Of a stretch of 64,000 nucleotides of DNA, positions 60,868 to 64,000 are shown in pieces. Source of the stretch: a virus (taxonomy: Duplodnaviria > Heunggongvirae > Uroviricota > Caudoviricetes); IMG/VR virus record IMGVR_UViG_3300002641_000714. One strand, given 5' to 3'. How positions within the stretch are numbered: the first letter of the stretch is position 1; each line of letters starts with the position of its first letter. The position numbers and the translations under genes are program-made. The notes beneath the pieces are model-generated. The model was not told the origin of the DNA. It saw only the letters and a program-made list of their open reading frames with translations, and searched no databases.

Positions 60868-62961
60868 ATGATGGTATTTGAAGGAAAATTTGATGGCATG
60901 ACACGTGCTGAAAAAATTGAATTGTTAAATAAAGCTAAAGATGCTTATTATAATTCAGGTGAAGAAATTATGTCTGATGCAGAATATGATGAATTAGAAA
61001 GATCAGTAGGTCTTGAGAATAAATCATATATTGGTTCTGCTAAAGGAAACTATTCTGTTAAACATGCTTTTATTATGGGATCTATACAAAAAACCCAAAT
61101 AAAGGAACAACGTGATGGAACAGTTAATTGGAATACTGCTGCTGAAGATATTACTTCAGCATTCAGAAAAGCCAATAATTGTCAATATATTGAAGCTACA
61201 CCAAAACTTGATGGTTGCAGTTTTAGTCTTGAATTTGTTAATATTAATAATAAAGCATGTTTGCAGACATGTGCTACACGTGGTAATGGACAATGGGGAA
61301 CTGATATTAAGCATTGGTTTGAACCACTATTAGAAACAGAATATTGGGCCGCAATAGATGATGCCGTTCGACATTTTTGTGAAAATAATTCAGATGATAT
61401 ATTCTGTATCAGAGGTGAAGTTCTTATTCCAGAAAATAAATTTACAGAAGAATATTCAGAAACATATACAAATCCGCGTAGTTTAGTTGCCGGTGTTCTT
61501 GGATTAAAATTTGAAGATGTCACTCCAGAAAAATTAAAAGTTGGTCGTGATCTTCATTTTGTATGTTATGATTATCGAGTTTTCAGTAATGGAGAATATG
61601 AAGAAATTGATTGGATGAATCCTAATGAAGAATCATATCAAGAAGTTAAACCATATTTGAATCATATTGGAGAACTTCCAGATTTTACTAAACTTTATGA
61701 ATTTAATGGCAGAGTAGACGAAGATTTTGTTATATCTCTTTATAATGAATTTGATGAATATAGACATAATTCTCCATATGCTCTTGATGGTGTTGTTCTA
61801 AAACCGGAAGTCTCGGCTCGTCAGTATAATGAAAATAGAAATCGACCGGTAGATTGTATTGCTATTAAATTTATGCCAATGATTAATGCTACTGAGATTA
61901 TTGATATTTCTTGGAGAGTTGGAAAAACCGGAGAATATTTTCCGACTGCCATTGTTGCTCCGATTACAATGCCAGATGGAAAAAAGATTAATCGTGCATC
62001 ACTGCATAATTATGGATGGATTATTAATAATGAATGCGGAATTGGTTCTAAAGTTCGTATTTCTCTTGCAGGCGATATTATTCCGTTTGTTTATGAAATT
62101 GTTGAACATTCATCCCCAGAAGGAAATATGAATCTTCCAGAAAATACACATGTTGAAAGAGATGCTAATTCTGGTGCACTTCATCTTATGAAAGAATTTA
62201 AAGAGAATGAAGAAGAAGAAAATCAATTCTTAAATTCTGCTCTAACATTAAATATTAATACTATAGGTCCTGCAGCTGCTAAAGACATCTATGAAGCTTG
62301 TAGAGAAGCTTTTAGCCCATTGACTAATATTTTATATGTTATGAATGAAGAAGGTTACAGGATGATTTATGATGCCTTAGGTGATGGAAAATCTATTCAA
62401 AATTATGTGGAAAATATGCGTAATTTTGTCAGATACATTACATTGACAGATATTATTAAATCATTTAATTTCAAATCATGCGGAACCAAAGCTTCTGAAG
62501 TTTGTGCAAAGATTTTACTCGGTCAACAATATTCAACTAGCTCGCTTCCTGCTGAATCATATCAGTGGGCATTGAATTCAAGTAGCAAACAATATTATAT
62601 GGTTATTAAAGCTATTGAAATGCTTGATATGAGTTTAGAAGATTTTCAATCACAAGAAACTAAAGATGATTTTGAAGGTGAAAAACAAAAAATTATTATG
62701 ACAGGTTCTCCAGAAGAATTCGGTTATAAAACAAAAGCAGTTTTCTTGCAACAACATCCTGAACTGGAGGAGACAACTAAATTTACAGAATGTGATATTC
62801 TTGTCTGTGATGATTTGGAATCAAATAGTGGTAAAATGCAAAAAGCAAAGAAACTCGGAATTCCAATTAAAACATATGGAGAATTTGGAGGAAGTAATTT
62901 ACAAGTTCAACAAAAAGAAAATAAGCAAGAATTTGATTTTAATTCTGAATCATTGTTTTAA
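60868..62961 (+). CDS. ligA: NAD-dependent DNA ligase
   Basis: AYYN..IMSDAEYD, KLDG, ATRGNG, IRGE, NPR, DGVVLK, IAIKF, RASLHN, AGDIIP, C-terminal BRCT. Confidence 0.93.
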   Translation: MMVFEGKFDGMTRAEKIELLNKAKDAYYNSGEEIMSDAEYDELERSVGLENKSYIGSAKGNYSVKHAFIMGSIQKTQIKEQRDGTVNWNTAAEDITSAFRKANNCQYIEATPKLDGCSFSLEFVNINNKACLQTCATRGNGQWGTDIKHWFEPLLETEYWAAIDDAVRHFCENNSDDIFCIRGEVLIPENKFTEEYSETYTNPRSLVAGVLGLKFEDVTPEKLKVGRDLHFVCYDYRVFSNGEYEEIDWMNPNEESYQEVKPYLNHIGELPDFTKLYEFNGRVDEDFVISLYNEFDEYRHNSPYALDGVVLKPEVSARQYNENRNRPVDCIAIKFMPMINATEIIDISWRVGKTGEYFPTAIVAPITMPDGKKINRASLHNYGWIINNECGIGSKVRISLAGDIIPFVYEIVEHSSPEGNMNLPENTHVERDANSGALHLMKEFKENEEEENQFLNSALTLNINTIGPAAAKDIYEACREAFSPLTNILYVMNEEGYRMIYDALGDGKSIQNYVENMRNFVRYITLTDIIKSFNFKSCGTKASEVCAKILLGQQYSTSSLPAESYQWALNSSSKQYYMVIKAIEMLDMSLEDFQSQETKDDFEGEKQKIIMTGSPEEFGYKTKAVFLQQHPELEETTKFTECDILVCDDLESNSGKMQKAKKLGIPIKTYGEFGGSNLQVQQKENKQEFDFNSESLF

Positions 62962-62992
62962 AATTAAAAGAGGAATCAATTAAGGTTCCTCT

Positions 62993-63847
62993 TTATTTTT
63001 GTTTATATACTGGACGTAATGGTAATCCGTAAAATCTATGATCATCATTACTAATTTCACATTTTCCCCAACCTGCATCAAATTCATGCTATCTGCCTTC
63101 TATCGATGATGCACGGCCTGTATTAAATCCTCCAAAAGTTGAAGTCCATAAATGAACTTCAAATCCAATACAGCTTTCACCATTTGGATTCCAATTTGTG
63201 TTTGCACACCTTAATCCAGCACACGGAACAAACATTGTTTTAGAATTATCATTTATGCTAGTAAATAAAACACCATTTAAATCTTTAATTTTGCAATAAT
63301 TTCTTTTATATTCTTGTGTAGTATATTTAAATAATTCTTTAAAATCGTCTGTAGTTGGAATATAATAATTTTGTCCTAATTTTACATGAGCTGCATCATC
63401 TTCAGGTTCAAGTTGAGTTAAATTATCTGTATATCCATTATATCCATCTAAATTAAAGTTACAATATTTAGTATATTTCATTATTACTTTTTCTGTTGGT
63501 TTATATTGATTAATATATGTTACCTATGCAAATTTATATTTAGACATACTATAATTATCCTTTGTTTCTGTTTCTCCCCATGCATAATAATTACCAAACC
63601 ATTCATGAGGCCAAGTTGCAGATTCTGTAGGATTAGACGCACCAAGATTGCATTTATACCATAAATTACCAGATGGAAGATTAAAGTCTACAGTATCTCT
63701 CAATAAATCAATATATTCTTTAGTTCCATGCACATGACTGACTTTACTGTTGGTTTGACCTTGAATCTCTTCTTGATCATCAAAGTCATCTAATGCAAAT
63801 TTAATTCCTCTGTTTACCGCTTCTAATATTTTATTATAGTTTTTCAT
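62993..63847 (-). CDS. Leader-B + VDLGLPSG domain protein
   Basis: MKNYNKILEAVNRGIKFALDDF; VDFNLPSGNLW; joined across TAGs; ends RFYGLPLRPVYKQK. Confidence 0.8.
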
Positions 63848-63854
63848 AATTACT

Positions 63855-64000
63855 TTATAAATTTATTACTGGACGAATTTTAAAACCTGAATTTCGTTCT
63901 CCGTCAGAATCTATATCAAAATCCCAACTATATATATTTAAATAATATGCATTTGCATTATCTTCTGTATTTAATGTTGATGACCAATAATATCCAAACT
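63855..64000 (-). CDS. C-terminus of a further VDLGLPSG-family protein (truncated by the window)
   Basis: YWSSTLNTEDNANAYYL..RNSGFKIRPVINL. Confidence 0.75.
   Translation of the reverse strand, partial: FGYYWSSTLNTEDNANAYYLNIYSWDFDIDSDGERNSGFKIRPVINL

Overview
This is a very AT-rich, gene-dense 64-kb stretch of a T4-like jumbo/megaphage of Bacteroidales. It most resembles the Prevotella-infecting Lak megaphages (inference). TAG is read as Gln (genetic code 15): dozens of fragments in the supplied ORF track join in frame across TAG, and TAG aligns with CAA between paralogues. Core genes include UvsX, UvsW, NAD-dependent DNA ligase, a RuvC-like resolvase, a PD-(D/E)XK nuclease, a sigma70/ECF-like sigma factor, T4 gp15- and gp2-like proteins, several very large virion-type proteins and two M15A peptidase fusions. 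The most striking accessory feature is a dispersed modular family of about 16 genes. Each has one of two conserved N-terminal leaders (MKxDNKKALYESIMTSVAKEVKKxLNE or MKNYNKILEAVNRGIKFALDDF..QGQxNSKV; candidate capsid-targeting peptides) fused to a swappable payload. Nine payloads are VDLGLPSG-type CLec-like domains, several with C-termini showing a DGR-style (AAY->NNY) variable-region signature; no RT or template repeat is visible in the window. Also present are an early operon (HD hydrolase, Tad2/DUF2829-like, receiver-like, NadE) that may counter nucleotide-signal/NAD-depleting immunity, three host-like secreted/T9SS-type proteins, three promoter classes, a ~70-bp dispersed palindromic element and a candidate structured RNA. 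All calls are by eye; no database searches were run.
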